IMG/VR virus record: IMGVR_UViG_3300026882_000104
Source: a virus
Reading direction: 5' to 3' (one strand)
DNA: 32,382 bases
The notes under the pieces were generated by a model. That model had not been told where the DNA came from. It made no database searches and saw only the letters and a list, made by a program, of their open reading frames with translations. The position numbers were made by a program, and so were the translations under genes. Below, piece after piece: positions 16,502 through 24,102 of this stretch. Numbering within the stretch: position 1 is the stretch's first letter; each line of letters starts with the position of its first letter.

Positions 16502-17542
16502 CTATTCATCACCCCCTTCCTCGAAATGCACAATTTTGTAGACCTCGTAGCCGTGGAAGTCTTCGATATACACTATCTCCGCTTGACCTCCCTCGTCTTC
16601 ATCGCTTGCACCCAGCTTTGCCCACTTGACCACTGGGCGGTACCCTTGTGCTTCTAGTCGCTTCACTTCCTCCAACGCTTCGGGTGAAGGGCACGAACGG
16701 TCGTATAACTCCCACTCATCGCGTCCGTCGAACTTGTACACTATGTAGCCTGGGAGCTCTTGAGCCACGCGTTCAGTGATATACATGCGCTGGCAGTCGT
16801 ACCCCCTCGTGAATGCTTCCCGCAGGTGTTGACTACCGTGTGTCTTTATCCACTGTGCTTTTTCATGTTCCTCAGCCTCTTTCTTTGCTTGTTTTTTCTT
16901 CCGTTCCTCTTCGCGCTCTTCTACTCTTTTTATTAGCTCAGTCACATGGTTGAGAGCCTGCTCGACAGTTATTTGATTAGTTATGTATATATCCTCAGTA
17001 TCGCTCGAGTCACCGAAAGTGTATGTGATAACTAGCTTGTAATACTCCCATCTGTTATCCTCGCTCACTGTCACGTTGGGGAACTTTGCAAGAATTGCTT
17101 GTTTGATTATTGCTTGTTTCTCCGCGAGCTTCTTTTGTTCTTCCTTCTGCTTCCGTTCCTCTTCCTCTTTCTCCTGTTTATATTTGGCCAAGCGCTGAAG
17201 GTAGTCCGCGTAGGCGTCATCAACAGTTTTCCCCGCTAGAACAAAAGCCGTGTAGTCAAGCTCCACATTGAAACTTTCAGATTCTTTTAGGTACCCTTCC
17301 CCATCCACGTCTACACCATCCAACGCCTGTGAATCGATTGGCACTTGAATTACTAGACCCTGCCTTTCAACTTGGAAGCCTTTTCTTAACGCTTCCAAAC
17401 GCTGTTTACTGTTCAGTGGTAACACCACTTTTACAGTTTTCACCGAAACCGCTCCCGTAGCACTCGCTACGGTAGACCCCGCACTCGCTGGGGTCGCACT
17501 ACTTCCCATGGGCGCACTTGCGCCCTTTTCTTCCGTCGACAT
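16502..17542 (-). CDS. Hypothetical protein with charged coiled-coil segments
   Basis: 346-aa ORF with GGTGA SD and E/K-rich helices. No family recognised. Confidence 0.7.
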   Translation of the reverse strand: MSTEEKGASAPMGSSATPASAGSTVASATGAVSVKTVKVVLPLNSKQRLEALRKGFQVERQGLVIQVPIDSQALDGVDVDGEGYLKESESFNVELDYTAFVLAGKTVDDAYADYLQRLAKYKQEKEEEERKQKEEQKKLAEKQAIIKQAILAKFPNVTVSEDNRWEYYKLVITYTFGDSSDTEDIYITNQITVEQALNHVTELIKRVEEREEERKKKQAKKEAEEHEKAQWIKTHGSQHLREAFTRGYDCQRMYITERVAQELPGYIVYKFDGRDEWELYDRSCPSPEALEEVKRLEAQGYRPVVKWAKLGASDEDEGGQAEIVYIEDFHGYEVYKIVHFEEGGDE

Positions 17543-17555
17543 GGGTTTTTCACCT

Positions 17556-17627
17556 TGGCACGTTTAGCCTACCCCTTGTGGGGTAGTTGCCCGCCCCACA
17601 CCACGAGGAGGTAGTGCCATGTGGGGC
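17556..17627 (-). ncRNA. HDV-like ribozyme fold 2 (canonical)
   Basis: P1 GCCCCAC/GTGGGGC, P2 TGGCAC/GTGCCA, P3 ACC/GGT, L3 TCCTCGT, P1.1 CC/GG, GCAA, P4 CTACCCC/GGGGTAG, J4/2 GCTAA. G1 immediately follows a U6 tract. Confidence 0.9.
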
Positions 17628-17633
17628 AAAAAA

Positions 17634-19418
17634 TCACAGAACCAGCTTTTCATTTCTCCTGTTTTCAACTATCATAGAAAGCACAGCCTGAGGAAACTTG
17701 CTTATATCAGTTATACCCGCCACTTTTTCATACCCCAGATTCCTGCAATATTCCACCAGATTTTCACACCTCTCTAGTTCTGGATTGTAGGTTATCGCAT
17801 ACATGTTGCACGTTTTCTTGTAGACAGCTATGATTTTCTTTGTGTTATACACATCGTCGGGTTCACCGTCTGTGAAGGTTATGAATATGCAGTTATCCCT
17901 CGACTTATTCGAAACAACCGGGAACAGGATTTTATACACTCCATAAAGCGGTGTTCCCCCGTCGGCTGCGATTTGGGCAAGACGCATCATGGAAGTCACG
18001 CCCCATTTCTCAGAGAGAGCTTTGATTTGCCATACCGAAGTTATCGGCCTACCATCCCTTTTTGGAACGCTGAAAGCATACACCTGAAACTTTGCATTTA
18101 TATAGTTCAGACCTTCACACAGAGCAACAACCACTTCTTTGTATTTTTCCTCATAGTATCCTATGCTACCCGAATGGTCTAAGAGGATGATGACCTCCAT
18201 ATTCTTTGAACCAACCCTTTCTTCGTCAATGAAAGGTGGGTACCTTCTCGCTATATAGTCATCAACCTCAAAGGAACCCGTATCAGATTTCATTTCCTTC
18301 CAGCCTCTCCTTATATGTCGGAGCGTCTGTTTCACGTGGTTGACCAGACCTTCATTGTAGATGTGTATGTAGTCGTTATACATCTTTCTTGGAACTAAAA
18401 CCCTCATCTCGTCCCCACCCTTGCTCGCGTGCACCTGTTCATACTGGAACTCCAGCTTCTCTATCTCCTTTATTTCAGACTTGATTTCTTCGGGAACCAT
18501 AAGTATGTTCTCGGATATGTGTTCAGCCAGCTCTTCCACACCCACCTTCCTTTCATTGGGTTTATTTTCATCCCCTTGTTTTCCTTCCTGTCCCCCACCC
18601 TGTCCTCCCATCCCTTCCTGACTCTCTTGTTCCTGACTCTCTTGTTCCTGACTCTCTTGTTCCTGACTCTCTTGTTTCTCCTTTTCATCGAGCAGGGATG
18701 GGTTCTTTTCGATGAGCTGTTTTACGTAGTTCTCCACGGCCTGCTTTACGAGTTTCTGGGAAAGGGGAGCAACCTGAGCAAAGGTGCATGTTATGTGTTG
18801 CTCGGAGAGGGAGGAGTTGGGTAAACCAAGGAGCTTCCACACCTCTTCGACCCACTCGACTGCTGGAACTTCGTTGTCTATTTTCTCCTTTGCGAGTTTA
18901 ACAGCCTGAAGGACGAAGTCAGGTGGATTCGGGTTCTTGGTTACCCCAAAGAGCATAAGCTGTCTAAAGGTTTCAAGTATCCCGTCAGGAGTGTTATCTG
19001 GAACAGGTGCCTGTTCAAAGTAAATCGCGTTCCTGAAGAGGAACTCCTTTACCATACCTTTGTATGTCTTGACGGACTTTGAGTTGATTCTGTAGTCTTC
19101 GAGTATGTTTATGACAACCTTCCTGGCTTCAGAACTCGGCATGAAAGTTGGGTTGGGAGGTGTTACTGCGAGCTTGTTACCAGGGTCAAAACTCCCGAGT
19201 GCTATGTGCTGGGTTTCGTGAAAAAGAGAAGCACGCCACAACCTGTATGCTGTTTCCCTGTTCTTCGAGAACTTGGAAGGCATGGGTAAAAGGATTGAAT
19301 TCGAGTCCGATAGGGGCACGTCGGAGTTAAAGTAGACCTGAACATTCTTTGAACCCGACCACGCACGAGCAAGAAAAGATGCAATTGGAAGGATGAACTC
19401 TTCCCTCAACTCAATCAC
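17634..19418 (-). CDS. vWA-domain protein (CobT/NorD-like partner of MoxR ATPase)
   Basis: HExxH (FHETQH), ILEDYRIN, MIDAS LLDHSGS, ADGGTP and FTDGEPD. Confidence 0.85.
   Translation of the reverse strand: MIELREEFILPIASFLARAWSGSKNVQVYFNSDVPLSDSNSILLPMPSKFSKNRETAYRLWRASLFHETQHIALGSFDPGNKLAVTPPNPTFMPSSEARKVVINILEDYRINSKSVKTYKGMVKEFLFRNAIYFEQAPVPDNTPDGILETFRQLMLFGVTKNPNPPDFVLQAVKLAKEKIDNEVPAVEWVEEVWKLLGLPNSSLSEQHITCTFAQVAPLSQKLVKQAVENYVKQLIEKNPSLLDEKEKQESQEQESQEQESQEQESQEGMGGQGGGQEGKQGDENKPNERKVGVEELAEHISENILMVPEEIKSEIKEIEKLEFQYEQVHASKGGDEMRVLVPRKMYNDYIHIYNEGLVNHVKQTLRHIRRGWKEMKSDTGSFEVDDYIARRYPPFIDEERVGSKNMEVIILLDHSGSIGYYEEKYKEVVVALCEGLNYINAKFQVYAFSVPKRDGRPITSVWQIKALSEKWGVTSMMRLAQIAADGGTPLYGVYKILFPVVSNKSRDNCIFITFTDGEPDDVYNTKKIIAVYKKTCNMYAITYNPELERCENLVEYCRNLGYEKVAGITDISKFPQAVLSMIVENRRNEKLVL
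18615..18676. repeat. Four exact 15-bp tandem repeats encoding QESQE
   Basis: (ttcctgactctcttg)x4 in the acidic linker of the vWA gene. Confidence 0.9.
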
Positions 19419-20589
19419 CAGGCCAAATGCTGGTTATCAGGTCATCAACCTTCTTCGCTTCACCGCTACCCCACTGGTAATACACGTTCTCAAACACCAG
19501 CACAGCAGCCTTCTTCCCGCTCATACCAGCTTTAACAAGTTTGGCAAACGCGATTATTTCCCTGATTGACGGTGAGTAAGGTAAAAGCAGGTCTCCAGCA
19601 CCCTCTCTGAGTTTGTTCATGAGCAAAACAGCCCTTTTGACCTCTTCCTGGTCCCATCCTTCGACGTGCTTGCTGACTATCTGGTATATGACCTCTTCAT
19701 TCGGGTAATCCATGTATAACCTGACTGGGAACCTTGAAAGCAACTGTGGTGGTAGCTCCCTTGTCCCAGCGTGGGATAGCGGGTTCACGGTAGCAACAGG
19801 GAACCATGTTTCTTTTGCTTTTATAACCCTTATTTCACCTGCTTCCTTCAGAGTGAGCTGTCTCCTGTCATCTAACGCTTCATCAAATCGAACAAGCATT
19901 GAGTCTTCAGCCGCGTTGAGCTCATCCGCATAGAAGACTCCACCCGCTTCCATGCTTTTGGGCAGTATCCCCTCGACGAACATGGTTGAATTGTTCTTGA
20001 GTTCAATCCTTCCGATTATGTGCTCCTCTTTTGTCCTCAAAGAGAAGTTTGCGGTGTAGAGTTTCAGGTTGTGCTTTTCGCAGAAGGCTTGGATAAGGGT
20101 CGTTTTTCCTGTTCCTTTTGGCCCAATTATCAGAACTGGTTGCCGACTATTGTATGCTATTTCAAGAACTTCCATGAAGTTACCCCAGTCGACGAACTTG
20201 ATACCCTGTGGAACAAAACCAACCCCATTTGTTTCCTCTTCTTTCTTCTCTTTATCAAAGAAGTGGTTGAGCGGTATCACGTCGTATAGCTTACCTCCAC
20301 TCACGTGTTCTCGGTAGTAGTGTTCTACCGTGTTCACGTCGTAACCATAGTCCCTTCCACACTTAACACAGATAAACCTATTCCCTTCCTGCCTGAAGAC
20401 GCTATCACCCTTGTAGTGCTGGAAGTAGTAGTGCCGAACTACACCATGAAAATAGGGTTTCTCATAGTTGCATTCGGGGAAGGCACACTTGAACGTGTTA
20501 CCCTCCTTCCTGACCCATGTTTCAGCCTGTGGGTTTGCCGAAACAGGCTGAACGCTGATTTGTTCCCCTATAGTCTGGTTTTCACTCAA
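19411..20589 (-). CDS. MoxR/CbbQ/NorQ-type AAA+ ATPase with two N-terminal C2H2-like zinc fingers
   Basis: GPKGTGKTT, FYADELNAA, ATVNP and LLSRF. N-terminus has CAFPEC..HYYFQH and CVKC..HYYREH. Confidence 0.88.
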   Translation of the reverse strand: MSENQTIGEQISVQPVSANPQAETWVRKEGNTFKCAFPECNYEKPYFHGVVRHYYFQHYKGDSVFRQEGNRFICVKCGRDYGYDVNTVEHYYREHVSGGKLYDVIPLNHFFDKEKKEEETNGVGFVPQGIKFVDWGNFMEVLEIAYNSRQPVLIIGPKGTGKTTLIQAFCEKHNLKLYTANFSLRTKEEHIIGRIELKNNSTMFVEGILPKSMEAGGVFYADELNAAEDSMLVRFDEALDDRRQLTLKEAGEIRVIKAKETWFPVATVNPLSHAGTRELPPQLLSRFPVRLYMDYPNEEVIYQIVSKHVEGWDQEEVKRAVLLMNKLREGAGDLLLPYSPSIREIIAFAKLVKAGMSGKKAAVLVFENVYYQWGSGEAKKVDDLITSIWPGD

Positions 20590-20642
20590 ATCCGTCCCCC
20601 CGGTTGTAGGAGGAGCCCGTTAGGACTCCTCTGTCTACCCGT

Positions 20643-20798
20643 TCAGACGAATCCCAGAGGGTCATATATTATCCGACCCCCCTCAACCTTGACCTCAAAA
20701 AGCATTTTTTCATCAATCCTCAGTTCCCGAACCACGTGTTTGGGTATAACAACAACGTAGGATTGGTTAATTTTGTATATTTTCACGATTTTTTTCAT
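20643..20798 (-). CDS. AbrB/MazE/SpoVT-family DNA-binding protein (51 aa, missed by the ORF track)
   Basis: Manual translation MKKIVKIYKINQSYVVVIPKHVVRELRIDEKMLFEVKVEGGRIIYDPLGFV. Strong promoter upstream. Confidence 0.8.
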   Translation of the reverse strand: MKKIVKIYKINQSYVVVIPKHVVRELRIDEKMLFEVKVEGGRIIYDPLGFV

Positions 20799-20819
20799 AA
20801 TTTTATATTAATTCAAGGA

Positions 20820-20836
20820 TATATATATACTTTTCG
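20820..20836 (-). promoter_or_regulatory. BRE/TATA promoter of the AbrB-MoxR-vWA unit
   Basis: The - strand reads CGAAAAGTATATATA, about 22 nt upstream of ATG 20798. Confidence 0.7.
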
Positions 20837-20914
20837 GAAAAATGAAGAAAAATCGAAAAAAATTTATCATCCCTTCACACATGAAGGGAAGGGAAAAAAT
20901 AAAAAAAATTAGGG

Positions 20915-21706
20915 TTAATCAATCACGTCGCGACTCGGGCGCGGGTGAATAAGCAAATATTCACCCACGTCAAGATATACGGTTTCATGGTCGGGACTAG
21001 AAATTTGTGTTTCTTCACGCAAGTGCACTATCCTCATTTCTGGACCCAGAGGGATGATGTTCATATCCCCCTCAATGGTGTGGTTGAAGAACGTTAGCTT
21101 CCTGCGCCTGGAATAAAGGTCGCTGGGGAACGCGTAGGGGCCACCGATGATTTTGTATATGTCAAGGTGACCCTGAGAGGTAACGTAGGTGGTAGAGATG
21201 TTGGTGTCTTCCTTGAACTTGAGTGAGCTCTCTGGGTTCAGCTTGACATACCAGTCAAGCTTATCACCTGAGAACCTAACAATCGCCGGTGAATACTTGT
21301 TTTCAAAGAGTTCATACTCGATATTACGCCATAGACTCCTGAACACCTTGAACTCTTGGACACTATAGAACTCTGTGTCAGTGGTTACGTCGAACAAATC
21401 GACATACTGGTGGCCACTTCTGGTTTCGTCATGCCTGATGCTTATTGTGAAGGGGAACTTGGTTTTTGCTAGGAAAGTGAACACTCGTTCTGCTTGATTG
21501 ACAGTCGCAACGTCAATCGCCTGTTTTACAACGAAGTAGACGTTGTTGTTCACTGTAACGTAGGAGCCGAGTTGTAGAGAACCAAGAGAAGAGCCATAAC
21601 TCACATCTATCACGAGTCGGTAAATGGGGGAAGTATCAAAAACTTCCCCGTCTGTCGATTGGAAACCGAAATTGAACTTTTCAATTTTCTGGACGTTCTC
21701 ACTCAT
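20915..21706 (-). CDS. Hypothetical protein
   Basis: Long ORF with plausible SD. Start at ATG 21706 or GTG 21718. Confidence 0.65.
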   Translation of the reverse strand: MSENVQKIEKFNFGFQSTDGEVFDTSPIYRLVIDVSYGSSLGSLQLGSYVTVNNNVYFVVKQAIDVATVNQAERVFTFLAKTKFPFTISIRHDETRSGHQYVDLFDVTTDTEFYSVQEFKVFRSLWRNIEYELFENKYSPAIVRFSGDKLDWYVKLNPESSLKFKEDTNISTTYVTSQGHLDIYKIIGGPYAFPSDLYSRRRKLTFFNHTIEGDMNIIPLGPEMRIVHLREETQISSPDHETVYLDVGEYLLIHPRPSRDVID

Positions 21707-21920
21707 TTTCGACACCACCGTTTATGATAACCTCAGCTATCATTCTTCGCATCTGTGTTACCTTATCCTTTGGTATACCCGCTTGCTCAGCCGCGTTTAG
21801 TATAGTAAGTATAAGTCGGGTTAGTATAGCCAGGTCCTGGGAAGGGCTAAGTTCGTCATCTGTCAATATCTGGAATATAAGTGCATACGTTCTGTTTACT
21901 GGGCTAAAAAGTTCGCTCAT
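21699..21920 (-). CDS. Small helical hypothetical protein
   Basis: ATG 21920 after GGTGAG. The track's longer N-terminus overlaps another gene. Confidence 0.6.
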   Translation of the reverse strand: MSELFSPVNRTYALIFQILTDDELSPSQDLAILTRLILTILNAAEQAGIPKDKVTQMRRMIAEVIINGGVENE

Positions 21921-21921
21921 G

Positions 21922-22203
21922 CTACTCACCCGCCGGCGCGGGGCAAACTGCCCCGCGTGAAAAACCAGCAACCACCATGTTTGCGCTCTCGTAACCCCAA
22001 GGGGTTTTGATATAAAGTTTGTCGCCAACCTGCGGTTTCCTGTGCCCCCGCAAATAATACGTTGCGAAGAATGGGGGGCCTTCGCGGATAATTTGCATAT
22101 TAACCAAGGTTTTATAGAAAAACACCTTGGTCTGGGGCACGCTCTGGGGTTGTGACCCCGTAGCCCCACCGGTGTCGCTATTTGGAGTTTTGTTTTTCTC
22201 CAA
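21922..22203 (-). CDS. Hypothetical protein with N-terminal SDTGGAT motif
   Basis: TTG 22203 after GGTGA SD, directly after ribozyme fold 3. Confidence 0.6.
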   Translation of the reverse strand: MEKNKTPNSDTGGATGSQPQSVPQTKVFFYKTLVNMQIIREGPPFFATYYLRGHRKPQVGDKLYIKTPWGYESANMVVAGFSRGAVCPAPAGE

Positions 22204-22217
22204 GGTTTCTTCACCCG

Positions 22218-22292
22218 TAGACGCGCTTAGCCTGCCTCGAAAGAGGCAGTTGCCCGCCCCACACCTCTTGGAGGTGGCGCCTGTTGTGGGGC
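22218..22292 (-). ncRNA. HDV-like ribozyme fold 3
   Basis: P1 GCCCCAC/GTGGGGC, P2 AGGCGC/GCGTCT, P3 ACC/GGT, L3 TCCAAGA, GG, GCAA, P4 CTGCCTC/GAGGCAG, J4/2 GCTAA. Follows a U tract. Confidence 0.88.
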
Positions 22293-22324
22293 AAGAAAAA
22301 AAGGTAGAGTGTTTGGCTGTGTTT

Positions 22325-22693
22325 TTACTCGTCGCTTTCAAAGAACTCGCTTAAAATTTTGGTTAAACTATTCATCGCCTTCCTGCGTTTCAAAAGCTGT
22401 GAGAATGGGTTGGGTGGCCCACCCCAACGCCTCTCTGCTTCCCTGATTAGTTCCTCTGCTTCACATCCCACGTTGGTTATCAACGTCTTTATGCCCCATG
22501 CGTATTCACCGCTACCATCGTCGAAAGTTGCAATAACGACCTTAGCTGTTTTTGACCGCGCTAGATAGACGTAAATATCGCCCCCACCCCGACAAGGGTA
22601 TGAAAAAGCGGGGTCGAGTTGGGACACACTGAGGGCTTTTTTGCCCGAAGTCCCACCGATGTTGCTATGGGTTTGGGTTTTGGGGTTTGACAT
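22325..22693 (-). CDS. Hypothetical protein, paralog family A copy 2
   Basis: GGTGA SD. FSY..RGGGDIYVY...TFDDGSGEY...NPF. Confidence 0.7.
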   Translation of the reverse strand: MSNPKTQTHSNIGGTSGKKALSVSQLDPAFSYPCRGGGDIYVYLARSKTAKVVIATFDDGSGEYAWGIKTLITNVGCEAEELIREAERRWGGPPNPFSQLLKRRKAMNSLTKILSEFFESDE

Positions 22694-22707
22694 AGGTTTC
22701 TCACCCA

Positions 22708-22782
22708 GTTGGCGCTGTTAGCCTGTGCCAAAGGCACAGTTGCCCACCCCACGCCTAGAGGAGGCCGCGCCAATTGTGGGGT
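22708..22782 (-). ncRNA. HDV-like ribozyme fold 4, abutting the 3' end of a tRNA-like RNA
   Basis: P1 ACCCCAC/GTGGGGT, P2 TTGGCGC/GCGCCAA, P3 GCC/GGC, L3 TCCTCTA, GG, GCAA, P4 CTGTGCC/GGCACAG, J4/2 GCTAA. Confidence 0.88.
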
Positions 22783-22989
22783 GCGCCCACGCGGGGATTC
22801 GAACCCCGCAGGCACCTACCACTCATAAGAGTGGCCCACACTTACTGGACACACGCACATCCACCCATACACACACCGCTTGGGACTCGGACGGTGTGTG
22901 CTGGTGTGGAGACGTGTGTTACGCAAGCGTGGTAAGGTGCTCTCCCGATGCCCTAGGGTATCAGTCCCTTTCCCTTCGGGCGTGGGCAC
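22783..22989 (-). ncRNA. tRNA-like structured RNA (T-arm plus acceptor-like stem, large branched insert); not a canonical tRNA
   Basis: T-arm CGGGG-TTCGAAT-CCCCG followed by CGTGGGC-G, which pairs with GCCCACG at 22987-22981. Internal helices GCACCT/AGGTGC, CCACGCTTGC/GTAAGTGTGG and GCACACACCG/CGGTGTGTGT. Confidence 0.6.
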
Positions 22990-22991
22990 TT

Positions 22992-23404
22992 GAGCCAGAC
23001 CAGACCCCCTCCACCACGAGAAGGTTCCGACCCTGGAGGGGAAAAAAGATTTAGAGTTTGTTGATAATGTTTTCGAGTCTATTCATAGCTGATACATCGT
23101 TGAGCAACTCGTCAAAGGGATTCTTTGAACTAGGCACTGTACGACTATACGTATCCCGCGCTTTCTCGACGAGCTCACGAAAAGCGACGGGATAATCACC
23201 AGTTGTAACAGCCCACGTATACTCGACAAGCTCATCCGTTACTAGCGTTATTAGTAACGCGGTTGTATATTTTGTTTTGGCTGCATAGATGTTTATTTCG
23301 TCTCCTTCCTGAGTAGTGAAGGAGAAAACTGGACGAAGCTTGGGTATGCTAAAGTTTTTCGTGGACATATTTCTCACCTATGGTCGGATTCGCTAGTCTG
23401 GCTC
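22992..23404 (-). ncRNA. Split/circularly permuted HDV-like fold whose halves flank ORF 23051-23377
   Basis: Upstream half 23404-23382: GAGCCAGAC-TA-GCGAA-TCCGACC. Downstream half 23041-22992: CCCCTCC-AG-GGTCGGA-ACC-TTCTCGT-GGT-GGAGGGG-GTCTG-GTCTGGCTC. P2 (7 bp) and P4 (9 bp) between halves are perfectly complementary. Confidence 0.65.
23051..23368 (-). CDS. Hypothetical protein, paralog family A copy 3
   Basis: ATG 23368 after GGTGA (track starts at GTG 23377). FSFTT.EGDEINIY...VEY...NPF. Confidence 0.7.
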   Translation of the reverse strand: MSTKNFSIPKLRPVFSFTTQEGDEINIYAAKTKYTTALLITLVTDELVEYTWAVTTGDYPVAFRELVEKARDTYSRTVPSSKNPFDELLNDVSAMNRLENIINKL

Positions 23405-23605
23405 TATCCCGGCTTGGGTAGAAAAAGCTGATGTGGGGGTCACCTCTTCCTTCTGGAAAGAGTCAACCCCCACTTCCCAGGTCGAAGCCCGTATTTACGG
23501 GCTTCACGTAGGACTTCGCGCAGTTCTCTATCCATTCTCAACACCAGCTTGGGTTTTACCCAAGCCTTCGGGGAGCCATTGACGGAGCTTTTCCACGCCC
23601 CCAGT

Positions 23606-23666
23606 CAGCCGACTCCAAAAAAAAGGGTGGAGTTTCGCCCCCCGGCACAGGGGCTCATCAGGGCTG
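23606..23666 (-). ncRNA. Type I hammerhead ribozyme
   Basis: Stem I CAGCC/GGCTG, core CTGATGA, stem II GCCCC/GGGGC, GAAA, stem III CTCC/GGAG, cleavage triplet GTC (predicted cut after 23611). Confidence 0.85.
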
Positions 23667-24089
23667 TTACGCTAGACTATTGACGTAGTCGAGAACTTGA
23701 CGCAACTCATTTTCAGAAAGGGTCTTAAGTCTCTCCAGGATTTGCTTGACCAATGGATTGGTAACATTACGAACTGCCGGATTGACGTGAGAATGATAGA
23801 AGTGGCTGGCTACTGAAGCGAAGTTTCTACCATCGGTGCTCCACTTACAAATGGAGCACACGTAAAGAGTTACAGTAATGCCGTAGTCTTTGATGGTCAC
23901 TTTTTGAACTGTGAACGCTTTGTTTTTGATGTCATCACTAATATGCGTGCCGTAAAAGTGTCTTACTACGACTTCTTTGTAATTGTTGATGTAGCTGCAT
24001 GCCGAACACTTATACGTGTAGTTTGGTGCCTCGCCCTGCATCTCTACCCATATTTTGGGCAGAGACGTTAATTCAGGTATTTCGGACAT
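23667..24089 (-). CDS. Protein with two C2H2-like zinc fingers
   Basis: CSAC..HFYGTH and CSIC..HFYHSH. ATG 24089 after GGTGA. Confidence 0.75.
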   Translation of the reverse strand: MSEIPELTSLPKIWVEMQGEAPNYTYKCSACSYINNYKEVVVRHFYGTHISDDIKNKAFTVQKVTIKDYGITVTLYVCSICKWSTDGRNFASVASHFYHSHVNPAVRNVTNPLVKQILERLKTLSENELRQVLDYVNSLA

Positions 24090-24102
24090 GTTTTTTTCAC
24101 CT

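Noticed and set aside
22783-22989. Canonical tRNA-Gly(ACC) with a 37/38 intron, or tmRNA
   Set aside because: No U8/A9 linker or normal D-arm, no bulge-helix-bulge at the putative splice sites, and no G3-U70 pair or encoded CCA.
23575-23640. RNase P RNA (GAAACTCCACCC and GGAAAAGCTCC resemble the P4 strand)
   Set aside because: The first match is the hammerhead GAAAC core, and I found no matching 3' P4 strand or other conserved regions.
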